From Macrostomum hystrix (lineage: Eukaryota > Animalia > Platyhelminthes), in assembly GCA_950097015.1 (NCBI GenBank), contig CATNEN010000038.1, positions 22,506,001 through 22,570,000 on the forward strand: 64,000 nucleotides of DNA, written 5' to 3'. The notes under the pieces were generated by a model. That model had not been told where the DNA came from. It worked only from the letters and a program-made list of their open reading frames with translations, and ran no database searches. Shown here piece after piece: positions 26,301 to 39,159 of this stretch. Made by a program: the position numbers and the translations under genes. The stretch's first letter is position 1. The number at the start of each line of letters is the position of its first letter.

Positions 26301-29300
26301 CCTGTGAGCTCGAGCCCTGCTCAAATGCAACGCAGCCGAGTCTAGCGGCTGCACGGATGCTCCGACCAGGTCTGACTGCTGCGTCAGCTGAGTTGGCAAG
26401 GAGCGCTCCAGAGTTGGCGGCGATGAAGTTGCTGCGAAGCCCAGGTGACCAACGCGATTGAAGTGTGACAGCGACCTTGCAGTGATTGCACAACAACTCA
26501 ATTACTGATTTCTATACGGGTTTTCCCGCAAGCTTTTCTAAAAATAGACACAACGCCACCCCACGAGGAGAATCCGGCTCTGTTGCTATTTTAAGAAACT
26601 CTACTTCTTGGGAAACCCCAAGAGATTCTCACCGACGCCTTTGCAAGATCTTTGCCGGTCGCAGACTTTGTACAGGCCTGACCACTGACAGGCTCTGATT
26701 GGCTAGCGTTGGCTGTTGCTGCTGTTGCTGCTGCTTGTACTTCTGCTTTGACAACGCCTCATCCGAATCGGAGCCATTAGTGACGTCCGGATTAGTTCCT
26801 GAGCTGGCAAAATCGTCCTGTCCAGCTTCGTCCTGATTGGCCAGCAGGTGCTGCAGGCGGTAGCGAATCTCTTCAAGGGAGGCCAGGCTGGCATTCGCTT
26901 CCGATTGGATCTCGTCAGCGTGCTGGTTTCCATGTAATCACAGGTATGATGGTCAGCAACAAAAAGACTTCTCATGTAGTTGATTTGGCAAGGGGAGAGA
27001 GATGTGATATCGGAGAAATGAGAAATGGAGAAATGAGACAGGGGAGAAATAAGACAGGGGAGAAATGAGGCAGGGGAGAAATGAGGCAGGGGAGAAAAAA
27101 GACAGGGAGAAATGAGACAGGGGAGAAATGAGACAGGGGAGAAATGAGACAGGGGAGAAATGAGACAGGGGAGAAATGGGACAGGGGAGAAATGAGACAG
27201 GGGAGAAATGAGACAGGGGAGAAATGAGGCAGGGGAGAAATAAGGCAGGGGAGAAATAAGACAGGGGAGAGATGAGACGAGAGCGTTGAGACTTCAGACA
27301 TGCATTTGTATATTGATTTGTGCGCAAGCTAAACTACTTAAAGTAGGAACAAATGTGGTGTGTAACTGAATTGAAAGTCTAAAATGTTTGAAAATGCAAT
27401 CAAGAGGGCTCATTGTTTTAAATGTGACAGAGCATTGTAATGCAATGCAAGAAATTTGCTTTCGATATGCATACTACAATTTTTCGAGGAAATGGACAAC
27501 AGCAACGTGCGTTATAATGAACAACATCTATTTATGAATATTGCTTTAGGTTTTTACGTCATCTTTCGATCGCAGAGACCGCATGTTGACGATCCACGTT
27601 TTGGAGATCTGTGTTTTTCATTTAGATTTAACGAGTGACAAGTTTTTGAAGAAATGTAACTCGTTTTTGTTATATCGATATATCGCCTAACCTATGAACA
27701 CAAACCCATCCATTCATTTCATTTTCCGCGACGTAATTTTAAATTGCACAACAAGCCCCCAAGCCTTCTCTCCGCGGCTGCGCCTCAAATGAATGTGACC
27801 TCGTCGCGGAATCGAGCTCAGGGACCTTGTTGCGAAAGGCGAATGCGTTAGACCACTCTGCCCCTTGTCTTAATAAAATAACAAGGTAATTTTGTAGCTT
27901 AAATCATGCATATTTAGGTGTAAAAATAGTTTTAATCTTCATTTACTAAGGCGACTACAAAGTAAGATAAGACACAGGTATGTATCATAAGCTGGACTAT
28001 GCTAACAGACAAAAAATGAATCCTTAAATTTACCAGGAACAATGGCTGTCGCCAGGTGGGCATTATTAACTGCCTCTTTAGCCTGAAGTTATCCTTTAAT
28101 AAAGAAGATCAGATTTGATTGTAAATAAATCATTTGAGTGCACAAATATCGTTCTAAAAACGAGGTTTTTAAAACGGCTTTGAAAGTCAGCTCCCAAGGG
28201 GCGGAAAATGTTGATCCACACGGTGGAATTTCATGAAAATCGGTCATTCGGTTTGGGAATTTGAAATACTCCCCGGGGTATTTCCATAGGGGAAAAGATA
28301 GCGTGGTCTTCCTACTGTTAAGCATTTATCAAAATTGAGTGGGACTGGAACAAATAGCTCACCGAGTAGATGATGTCCCTGCCGCTCTCCTGATTAAGTC
28401 GCGAGTGCAGACTGAAGATCTTCTGCGGGCCATAAAACAAACAGGGTTGAAACTAAATTAAATTAACTGTCGGTGATAGGTCGCGACACTGAACTGTCTT
28501 CGAGGTCGAACACGAAATCTAACAGATTTGGCAGTCTATCACATATAGTAAAACAAATTTTAATTACGTTTCTTAATAGAGGCCTTAAATGAAATAGGTA
28601 AAACTAAATTCACAAAATATTAACACCTTATTCGCTCGCTCCAGTAGTCGCTCCTCACTGAAGCACGGTATGCCATTGTTTGTGCGGCCCTCGAATTTGC
28701 TGACAAACATCGGATACTGCTTGATCTTGACCCGACCGCTGGCGCTACCTCCGTTGTCGTCGGCGGAGCAGGTAGGCAGGCCAGGTGATGACTTAGCGCC
28801 GGCAGTCTAAGTAAAGAAAAAAATCGATATTTTATCATGTGTTTAGCGAATGAACGAACTCACTGATTGGTTAAAAAATATTGCGGGCGTTCATCAAGGA
28901 TAAATCTGTTACTATTTTTAGATTTATCAGTTGACCATAGTTTTTAGACTAACAAATCAGATTGGCTGACAGTATCGACCAGGTTCATCAATGTACACCT
29001 GTTACTATTTTTAGATTTATCAGTTGACCATAGTTTTTAGACTAACAAATCAGATTGGCTGACAGTATCGACCAGGTTCATCAATGTACATCTGTTTCTA
29101 TTTTTAGATTTATCAGTTGACCATAGTTTTTAGACTAACAAATCAGATTGGCTGACAGTATCGACCAGGTTCATCAATGTACATCTGTTTCTATTTTTAG
29201 ATCTACTACAGGCCACTGATAAAACCTTGTACATATTTAAGTCAAGTTTAGGAAACGTACATTGATGCTTAGTCTGATGTACATTTTAATGACTTCTTTA

Positions 29301-32300
29301 CCTTTTGCTGATCCAATTGAGCTTGGTAGTCAGTACCGTTAGCTTCATTTTCACCTGTCTGCAATGGAAAAAGTTTAACTACGCGTTAGGTGTGAAGATT
29401 TTCGTTTAAAGAATGCTAGCGGCTTACTACTATATAGGTAGAAAGCGATGCTAATATGATCGCATGTAATAATCAGGGTCGCAGTAGAGAAGAGGGTAAA
29501 ATGGTATTTACAAGGAAGGTATAAGCATGAACTGAAGACAGAATTATTTGACGGTCAATGTAGAAAAGTACACAAAGCTGCTTATTAAGCTATTAATATA
29601 CGGTTTAGGCTGCTATTGTAAACACCGATAATAAACATAAGTGTTTGGCATCGATGCAACAAAATGGTTATAATAATTGTAGTGGCTGTATTTTTAACCT
29701 GCTGGTGAATGCGACGCTTGTCAGCGAATAAACTTGAAGCCACTTTGAGTGGCTGGCCTAGTGACAGTCTGCGCGTGTTGCTGCTGCTGCTGTTGCTGAT
29801 CCCGATGCTACCAATCTTACCACTCTGTTGTGCAGGGGCTTTGCAGCACTGCGTTGATGGCTTTACAATGGTAAAGTTTCGCGTTGATACAATTTAACTA
29901 GTACAAGCTTGTTTAACAAAAATTTGGGCGAGTGAATAGCGAATATAAGGCAGAGGACATGGCGAGGCAAAGCCAAGGGTAGAGCGAGAAGATAACTAGG
30001 GGATGGCGAGGGCATGGCGAGGGAAGGGCGAGGGAAGGGCGAGGGTATAGTGGGAAAGGACTGCGGGTATGGCGAGGGAAGGGCGAGGGTAGGGCGAGGG
30101 TATGGCGAGGGTATGGCGAGGCAAAAGCGAGGGTGGGGCGAGAAAATTGCGAGTAAATTGCGAGGCGATGGCGAGCGCGAAATAGGGCATCCGTGGAAGC
30201 GAGGCTACGGCGAGACTAAGGCGAGATTCTCAGAGAATGATTTGATATCTTAACAAATATCTTAATAAATGTAAAGCGTGTTCAGGAATAAAAGTGCGGG
30301 TTAAACCAGGTCACAGTAGCTTGGGCTAGGCACCCAATGATAGGACAATGCGAATGTCGAAGGTTGAGACGGTTTACAACTATCGGACTTCTAGAAAAAA
30401 TTTCTTTAATTAACCTTGTCGACTACTGACAGTAGCTGAATCTGCCGCAGTCTCACCTCTGGATCTTTGGTCTCGCGTTTCTTGACGCCGCTCAAATCCT
30501 TCTCTTTCTTCTTCGATTTTCGCTTTCGCCTCTTGACCGGCGGCCCCTGCGGCGGCTGCGGCAGCTCCGGCTCCGACTCTGAGTCTGAGTCGCTTGAGCT
30601 GGAGTGTCAGGTGAGCAGGCGATTGTTGAAACAAAAATTCCCAAACTCACACAGTCTCATCTCTCCCCTATCTCATCTCTACCGTGTCTCACCTCTACCG
30701 TGTCTCATCTCTCCCCTGTCTCATCTCTACCGTGTCTCATCTCTCCCCTGTCTCATCTCTACCGTGTCTCATCTCTCTTGAGCTAAAAAGACTCACTCAG
30801 ATTCATCCACATCAGTTATGTTTAGCTGGCGAATGACGCTGCTGCAGTCCTCCATTGAGCTGAGAGCCAGCTGCTCCATCAGCCTGCCAGGGTTCAGTCG
30901 GCCAAGGCTGCACCGATTGGCGTCAGTGTTCAGCGTCGACTTGCCACCACTGATGGCAGTTCGCAGGGTGTCCAGCAGGACAGTTCGCTCTCGTCTACTC
31001 TCCATGACAGAGCCTTCAATGTCAATTTTTCTTATGAAATTAGGGCGAAGGCGAGTCGAGGGCGAGGATGATTCGAGGACGAAGATGAGGCGAGGGCGAA
31101 AATGAGGCGAGGGCGAAAGTAAGGCGACGGTGAATATATGGCGAGGGCGAGGATGAGGCGACAACGAAGATAATTCAAAAGCGATGACTATAGTTTTATA
31201 AAATAAATTTTCAAACCTTGATCGCCAGGGCCCTTCAAGTCTTCAGCTGTCAGCGTGGTTGCGTCACGACCGACGCCAGCGTCTCGCAGAAGGCCCATCA
31301 CCAGGTCCAGTGTCATTTCGACCACGATGCCGCGCTGCCGGCTTGGGTCCTCCTTCACCTGCTTGTACTGCCACACCGCACTAGCCAGTGAGTGGCCCAT
31401 GGACTCGAGGTCTGCGGTGTTGAAGTGCCTGGAGTCCGAGCTGTTACAGACATGAGGGTTCGCTTGTGAGTGATCACTGACAATGTGTCCATAATTTATT
31501 GTTGAATTCACACAAAGCACTCACACAGAAGCACTCGTCCCGCTGAAGGTCGCTTCCATTGTGAAGGAATTCTCAATGCCAAACTGGCGCCACATCACCA
31601 CGCGCCCAGTAGCCTCTTTGCACTTTCTGATGTTGAACTTGCAGCCCCTATAGGAGAACAGCTGGGGCGAGCAGCGGGACACTAGCCACGGAAAAAGGCG
31701 CTCGTTTAGGAAGCCCTCCGGATTGACGCGAAGTCGAACAGAGTTTACCTGCGGATTGTAAGGGGTGTAGAAGGGCGTTAGGTGGTTGTCATGGCGTGAG
31801 GTGGTTGTCATGGCGTGAGGTGGTTGTCATGGCGTGAGGTGGTTGTCATGGTGTGAGGTGGTTGTCATGGCGGGAGGTGGTTGTCATGGCGTGATGTGGT
31901 TGTCATGGCGTGAGGTGGTTGTCATGGCGTGATGTGGTTGTCATGGCGGGAGGTCATCCAAAAATTGGGCTTGTGATGATATAATCATCAATGAGTGAAG
32001 TAAGGAATAAGTCCAGTAGTGATGTAATTTGAGATAGACTTCACCTGCTCGACATCCACTCCCCGGTATTGGGAATCGCAGCCATACATGAAGACGTTCG
32101 GCTTTCGCGAGTGGCCGTGCAAATCGCAGTAGAGAAGCACCGGCCGCTCCTGCAGCAGGCGCTCCAGCATTCGCTTTGTGTAGAACACTGTCGGGAAAGC
32201 TTCTGGCCTTGGGTGCCGATAATTTCGATTCAAATCGCGCGCCGCTAGAGAGGTGCGATAATTGCCAACTATCACACCGTCTGGATTCAGCATCGGTACC

Positions 32301-35300
32301 AGCTGCAGGTTAATGTTTTTTATGAGCCAGCTTAGCGTAGAGAAAAATCAACTAGATGGGCATTTGACAACACCACTCTTATTCACCAATCTCACTTTCA
32401 TTGGTCAGCTTCACTCTCATTGGTCAGGCTCGCTCTCATTTGTCAGTCTCACTCTCATTGGTCAGTCTCACTCTCATTGGTCAGTCTCACTCCCATTGGT
32501 CAGCTTCACTCTCATTGGTCAGTCTCACTCCCATTGGTCAGCTTCACTCTCATTGGTCAGTCTCACTCCCATTGGTCAGTCTCAATCTCATTGGTCAGCC
32601 TCGTGGTCGTGGTTTACCTCTAGTTGATCAGTCCCACCCTCATTGGTCAGTTTTCTCTAATTAGTCAGTCTCACTCTCTCACTCTAAAAGGTCAGCTTCG
32701 CTATCATTAGTCAGCCTCACTTAGTCATTTAAATGACTCCCATTGGTCAGTAATTTTTATTGGCCACTTGCAATTATTCAGCAGTTCCAATTGGTGAGCC
32801 AGCTCAGCCAATCAGCGAAGAGAAGCGAAATACTAAATACAAAACCAAACAGCGCGAAAAGTGCAACCTTGAACAAAAACTGTCTTCGAAGGGCGCAGGC
32901 GACCTGACTGTCACCAGTCAGAAAGTCGATGAGACCCTTCATCATCCAGCTGCTATTGGCCTCGCCCGGATGTACGCGTGCCGTGACAACCACGCCAGGT
33001 TTGCTGGCAGCGTCTACTGAGTGGTCTGAATCAGGATAAAGTCAAAGTCAAGGTAAGATAAGTGAAAAAGTGCGAAATTTCTGATCGAGAGCATAAGCTG
33101 CTAGTTGAAACTGCATGATCTCAGGATACTCACCATCATAATCAGTGATGGTGAGTAGGAAGCATGAGTTCCCAGCTCGCGTCTGGCACAGGACCTCCTC
33201 TTTGACGTAGCGCCTCCTTGATTGGTCAGTCTGCAGGGCTGCGAGATCGGCTCGCAGGTCCGTATAGGTGTACGGATAGCTATGGGCCAGGTAGCAGCTG
33301 TCCTCGGCATGTGTGAACTCCTGGACATTCAGGATGCGAAACGCTACTTCAGTTACGAGTAGATATTTCAGAGACTAGATTACACCAGATACAGGTGGGA
33401 ACTGTGTCAGACAGTTAAGCACAGGTGAGGATAATGTCAGCCACTTTAGCACAGGTGAGGATAATGTCAGCCACTTTAGCACAGGTGAGGATAATGTCAG
33501 CCACTTTAGCACAGGTGAGGATAATGTCAGCCACTTTAGCACAGGTGAGGATAATGTCAGCCACTTTAGCACAGGTGAGGATAATGTCTGACACTTTAGC
33601 ACAGGTGAGGATAATGTCTGACACTTTAGCACAGGTGAGGATAATGTCTGACACTTTAGCACAGGTGAGGATAATGTCAGACACTTTAGCACAGGTGAGG
33701 ATAATATCATACACAGCAACACAGGTGTCACAGCTCACCATCTGCCACTCCAGCTGGTAGTAGACCATCTCCCTGTGCAGCAGCGTCGACTGCAGCCTGG
33801 TGACATTCCTGGAGTATCGAATGTGGTGACCGGTTCGATGCCAGCCGAGATTGTTGCTGGCCGCAGATTTCTCCGAGTACAACAGCGGCTTCATGCCCTC
33901 ACCGTACAGACTGGTCGGCTTGAGCAGGTTCACAATGACAAACTTGTAAACTATTCTTGGTTGGGCATTCTGCACCTTGAAGTAGAACCACTGGGTGTGA
34001 CGCTTGGTGTACAGGTCGGTTCTAAGCACTAGCTCGTATTCGAACATTCCTCTGTGGAGAGTTAAACATTGTTAAATTCGTGGGCTGGTTGAGCATTGCT
34101 GAGCATGGCTGAGCATTGTTGAGCATGGCTGAGCAAGGCTGATCGTGGTTGAGCATAGTTGAGCATAGCTGATCATGACTGAGTATGGATGAGAACAGGT
34201 GAGCACAGCAGAGCATGGCTGAGCATAGTTGAGCATAGTTGAGCATAATTGAGCATGGCTGAGCATGGATGATCATGAATGAACATTGGTAAGCACAGCA
34301 GAGCAGGGCTAGGGCATGGCCTAACAGAGCCAGATTCGAATTGGACTCACACTCGTCGAACTTGTCGCAAATTTCCTGACTCGAATCGTGACTCGAAAGT
34401 TAGCGACGTGCACAGGCCTTCCGGCACTGGCGCAGGCGTGTAGTGCCTCGGACAGCGCTCGCTATCGTACACTATTTGAGTACCACGCCATCGACCCGTG
34501 TATTGAGTTGCTTGAGTGTCTACTGTTAGTAGCGGCTCGCAACCTGGCAAGATTAATTTGTGCCAAATATTATATTCAGTAGATTGTTGTCAATGACTAC
34601 GAATTCCTGTCAAGTCTAGTTAAACGCCTCACAATGCATTTAGGGTTTTACTACTAAATCAATATAGGAAAGATTGCGCCACAATACATTCTGTGCGTGA
34701 GTGTGTGCGCAAGTTCAAGCAAGGATATTGTGCACCACTTGCTCCCGTTAAACATCCCCTGAGCCAGACATTGTGGAGCTGGATAATTGTTGGGCACTGA
34801 GGATGAAGCTTGGTTCACAGAAGATTTTTACTTGTCAAACTCTCAACTAGCATCATATGCTCCAACATGATAGCTCAGCTGAGCACATCTGCTAAGTCCT
34901 TGGACTGTAGTCAAACACACCCACTAAGATTTTAACCCGATGCAACATTTGCCTCTAGCACCAAGGTCCCCGAGCTCGATTCCGCGGCGAGGCCACATTC
35001 ATTTGAGGCGCAGCCGCGGAGAGAAGGCTTTGGGGGCTTGTCGTGAAATTTACGCCCTTGAAGGCCAGCCTACATACAGCACAGTGAGAGTGTACACTGC
35101 CTGACAATGAGAAAGTCAAGGTAGATGTACACACCTGTGTGAGAGTATGCTTTGGGATTATTAAAAGGGTTTAATTACCTCTCTATAATAATAGATAGAC
35201 TATTTGAAATGGAGGCAAAGAAATACACATAACTTCATTGTCAGGTTAATTAAACTAATTATTTGTTTTACTCGGTAGCAAAACACTTTGTAATGAAATC

Positions 35301-38300
35301 CATTTAGTAACACGCATAAGTATTAATTGCTTCACAGGCTGATCTGTACACAGGCTTTGGAAGTGCAGAGCAATAAGTCAATTACTCATAATAATGACAG
35401 TTTGATAAGTAAAATCTAATTATGTTGCTTTTAGAAGTGAATTCCTTTAGAAAATAAATTGCAAAAGACTTGACTCTGAGCCAGCCACTATACTCAAGAG
35501 AGTCTGTAACCAAGCAGTCTTTAGGAAAAATTGTTTTAAAAAATTAAAACAGACAGTCAGACGCAATCTAATATAGACAGTGTTGTGTGAAACAGACCTT
35601 TGCACTGTCTGTGAGAAGTCTCATTGTGCTCATGCTCATGCTCACAGTGCCTCTGTCTGCAATCTAAAGGTAAAGAACGCCTTAGAAAAACTTTTCGAGT
35701 CTTTCATGGTCTCAAATTTATTTCATATTCTTCCAAGCCACTGCTCTGTTTTGCCGGCGTTTCCGCTGACACAATGACAGTTTTGAAAAAAAACTCTTTA
35801 GAAAGACAATTTAGGAATAATGACCTATTTACGAGCAGAGAAGAATGCAATTAGCTTTATTTGTTGGAATTTCTACTGGTAACTCTTTTAGAGATTAATG
35901 CACCATCATATAGGTTTCGATATTTTATTAAGGTTACAAATTGCGTTATTTTAAACAGCGATTTCTGTTATGTCTAACGGAACTTGATTACCCACTAAAC
36001 TTAATCAATCTGCTTTCCAAAGCAGATTTTATCCTAAAAGTGCACGTGGTTCAGTCTAGCAAAGTCAAGTCAAGTTACCCGGCCTTTGCCGACGACGAAA
36101 ACTATTTCCAGCGGGTCCCGTTGATAAGGACGCCATTCCGCGGACTGCGCACAACGTGGTGTTTGCTTGTTTTAGTTTGGTTTCCTAGGAAACTAGTATT
36201 TGATTGGCTTGTACAGGGAAGACTGACATCTTTGTAAACTCGTAGGCATGAGAATAAGAGGATTATGAAACTTAGTTTCAATTCTGTTTAACGTGCTCCA
36301 CCTGTCTAACACTGCCAATCTAAACAAATTTTAGAATATCACAAGAATATTTTAATGAAAAAAGTTAAAAACATTTATATTGGGTGGCATCTATTCTTTG
36401 ATCTTTAAATATCATACCATTAAAACTCTCTACTTACCTACTTAAAGTAGCTCAAAGTAAAAAAAATTATATATATATATTTCAAAATTTAGTACGCGAT
36501 TGAATAGCAGCGAAATAAGCAGGCGACACTCACCTGGATTTCGCAACGGCAGCAGCAGCGGCTCGTGCTCCGGCGATGGCAGACGTCGATGCTGCGGAGT
36601 CGGATGACAGGGCCCGAAATCGCGTGGCCAGAACGGGCCGTGTTGGTCTCGCAGCAGGCCGTACTGGTCCCGGTAGCGTCCATCTGACTGGCGCGTCATC
36701 ACCGAGCCGTCGGGGAGGCGGCCGGCAACGGAAACGCCGACGCCCACGCGGCTGACGCCAACGCCGGCGCAGGCCTGACGAAAGCCGTCTCTGGTGAAGT
36801 TGCTGAATAGCAACAGGCGCTCCTCAGCTGTCAGATCGCCAAACTGGCGCATGGCTTCCAGACCTTGACGAAGCTGGGCAGACGGTGCAGAACTAGAAAC
36901 CACCTGCTGCTGCTGCTGCTGCTGCTGTGACGTCCAGGACGACGACAATGTCGTGGTTGTCAGCTGGCGTGTTGCTGATATTAAAGGAAGAGGTTCGAAC
37001 TGATCGACAAAAGCGTCGGCATCGTCGGCCTCCTGAAGCTGTCGCCCACAGTCGGCCTCTTCGTCAGCTCCACCATAATTGGCAGCTCCGACTCGGAATC
37101 GGGCGACCCGTCGATTGACTACAAACGGAGACTGCGATGCGACTGCGGCCGATGACTGCGCGATCTCTCGATCAATGACGTCATCGTTCTGATACGGATA
37201 GGCCTCGCTTTCAACGCCGGTTATTGTTCTCCGGAGAAGGCGCTGATCGCCGTAGAATCGCCCAGCTGCCCCCATCATCGCTGCCGACGTGGCCGATGAG
37301 GCCGCTGCGTTGCGCAGCTGCGTCAGCTCCCGCTCCCTCTGGGCGGCAGCTTTCAGTCGGGCCAGTTCGCGACTCCGGCGCTGCCGCTCCGCTGGCGGCG
37401 TGTCGAGGGCTTCGCGGACTCGCCGGCTTATCTCGGCTTCAAGTTCTCGACGAAGCTGCTCTCGCCATTCTGGGTTGCCTGCCACCGCCCCATGAAGCAG
37501 TTAATCATCAATAATAATTTGATCCAAATACTTTACTAATAACTATTAAAAGTTCAATCTTTACTGGTTATTTTTATTCGAGACATTTTAGGCTCAGGAA
37601 TTTTCCAAGAGAAACGTATTTAGGGATTTTCCATAACCTTTCAGGCTTCGGAATTTTCCACGATATGTCAGGTCTGGGAATTTTCCATAACCTTTCAGGC
37701 TTTGGAATTTTCCACGATATGTCAGGTTTGGGAATTTTCCATAACCTTTCAGGCTTCGGAATTTTCCACGATATGTCAGGCTTCGGAATTTTCCATAACC
37801 ATTCAGGCTTCGGAATTTCCCGCGACATTTCAGGCTTGGGGATTTTCCATAACCATTTAGGCTTGGGAATTTCCTATGACCTTTCTAGCTTCGGAATTCG
37901 ACATGAAATTTTAGGCCTTTGAATTTTCCATGATAGTTAATGTAAGGAAATTTACATGATTTTTTTGCTTTATTTAGACTTCTTATGACCTTCTATTGAC
38001 CATGGAAGGGCCTAAAAATTCATGCTAAACATATTGTAAAATTAAAGAAAAGGTCAGTTAGGCAAGATGAAGTGACTGGTTGAAATCGATTCCTCCCTAA
38101 AAAGTTGCATAAATAATGGTTTCTGAGGGAAGTGTTCAAAGAGAACTGATGGAAAATAGAGGTGGAGAAGTGTGGGCAGATCAATCGTGCAGCCAGCTGT
38201 ACTACTCAAGCTCTGCCTACTCACCTGTCATGTCAATCTCCTGCTGTTTCGCCCGCTGTAGCAGTTCAATCTCTTCGTGCTGCTGTTTCATTCGCAGTTC

Positions 38301-38420
38301 TCGATCCTCGCTAACAGACAGCACCGATTGGTGCCGGCGAAATCTCTGGAGTTGCTGCTGCTGCTGTTGCTGCTGCTGCTGAGTCGCTGATGAGTCCTGT
38401 TTATCGAGTGTTGTTTCCAT
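26301..38420 (-). CDS. AGBL2: Cytosolic carboxypeptidase 2/3-like tubulin deglutamylase (M14D). Core exons 38420-38225, 37478-36534, 34543-34351, 34051-33739, 33320-33134, 33025-32868, 32302-32045, 31748-31525, 31440-31217, 31013-30797, ~30598-30415; further low-complexity exons to ~26301 and possibly ~24760
   Basis: FESRFESGNL, YELVLRTDLYTKRHTQWFYF, YLAHSYPYTY, ARVHPGE (Zn), PMLNPDGVIVGNYR, DLNRNY, DLHGHS, SFTMEATF; core splice phases consistent. Confidence 0.9.
27012..27278. repeat. 16-bp minisatellite (GAGAAATGAGACAGGG)n, intronic
   Basis: About 16 units seen directly. Confidence 0.95.
27742..27862 (-). mobile_element. SINE family A 5' fragment
   Basis: Matches the reverse complement of 11405-11530. 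Confidence 0.72.
28906..29203. repeat. 93-bp tandem repeat, ~3.2 copies, intronic
   Basis: CTGTT[AT]CTATTTTTAGAT at 28906, 28999, 29092 and 29185. Confidence 0.95.
29958..30225. repeat. Degenerate 11-bp GGCGAGGGTAT minisatellite, intronic
   Basis: Repeated GGCGAGGG; a related array lies at 31043-31162. Confidence 0.85.
30653..30778. repeat. 16-bp minisatellite (TGTCTCATCTCTCCCC / TGTCTCATCTCTACCG), intronic
   Basis: About 8 units; near reverse complement of the 27012 array unit. Confidence 0.9.
31780..31953. repeat. 19-bp minisatellite (GGTGGTTGTCATGGCGTGA) x9, intronic
   Basis: Seen directly. Confidence 0.95.
32385..32752. repeat. 19-bp minisatellite (CATTGGTCAGTCTCACTCT), intronic
   Basis: About 12 good units plus degenerate ones. 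Confidence 0.92.
33418..33725. repeat. 30-bp minisatellite (ACAGGTGAGGATAATGTCAGCCACTTTAGC) x10, intronic
   Basis: Seen directly; begins ~13 nt inside the donor at 33738. Confidence 0.96.
34088..34320. repeat. 10-bp minisatellite (GAGCATGGCT / GAGCATAGTT), intronic
   Basis: Fills most of intron 34052-34350. Confidence 0.9.
34948..35142 (+). mobile_element. SINE family A copy
   Basis: GCACCAAGGTCCCCGAGCTCGATTCCGCGGCGAGGCCACATTCATTTG. Confidence 0.78.
37588..37935. repeat. 27-bp minisatellite with a 54-bp dimeric higher-order unit, intronic
   Basis: Alternating GGAATTTTCCATAACCTTTCAGGCTT and GGAATTTTCCACGATATGTCAGG. Confidence 0.9.
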
Positions 38421-39159
38421 TTTCCCTAATAACTATTGACTTCGAGAAAATTATGGACAATAGTTATTCCGCCTGTAGCAATAGGTTAGTTAGCGGCATT
38501 AGTCATCGCTTGTATGACGTCCTAGGTTCGATTCTGTTCAGCTGGCAAGTGTAACCTAAAAAATTAAATTTGTTTGTACTCGTAAGTTGATCTTGTGTAT
38601 AGAAAGGCAGCTTTAAAAAGTTGAACTCACGAGTAATACGAATTTGCTTTACAAATTAGAACCTACAATAAAATTAGCAAAGTCAGCTGACTAACTGGGT
38701 TGCTATGGCCTCAACAGGACAGGAAGTTGAGTGTTGAAGTAGTTTCAAAGCGCGGAGTCTGCACCCTGATGGTTAAAGGAGTGTGGACTGAGACAAACTT
38801 CCTTGACAACAACCAGTTAGTTATAGCAGTTGTGAGAGGAGAGACTGGCCGCTGATAGAACAGCTTTAGTGAGATTTTGAAAGCATCGACTCAGAAAAAT
38901 ACACCATTGGATAGCTTGAAGAGGCTAGAGCAGAAAATCTGATAGGAAACTGGGTCCGTTCTATAGTGCCAGCGTATCTCTGTTTAATTACAGAAATTTA
39001 CACTGCCGGGATGGGACCTTGTATAGTCAAACATATCTTGCTAACGCTTTTATGGTACGAACTGTAAATGCTCACAGAGATAAGCAGAGTAAGAGGCACT
39101 AGAGTAGAGAGGAAGTCAAGAGAAGGGAAGGGAAACAGGAGAGAAAAGAAGGACATATA

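Noticed and set aside
35088-35135. Hammerhead-like CTGAC[GA]A...GAAA in SINE family A
   Set aside because: No helix II between the motifs and no helix III; better explained as a simple hairpin
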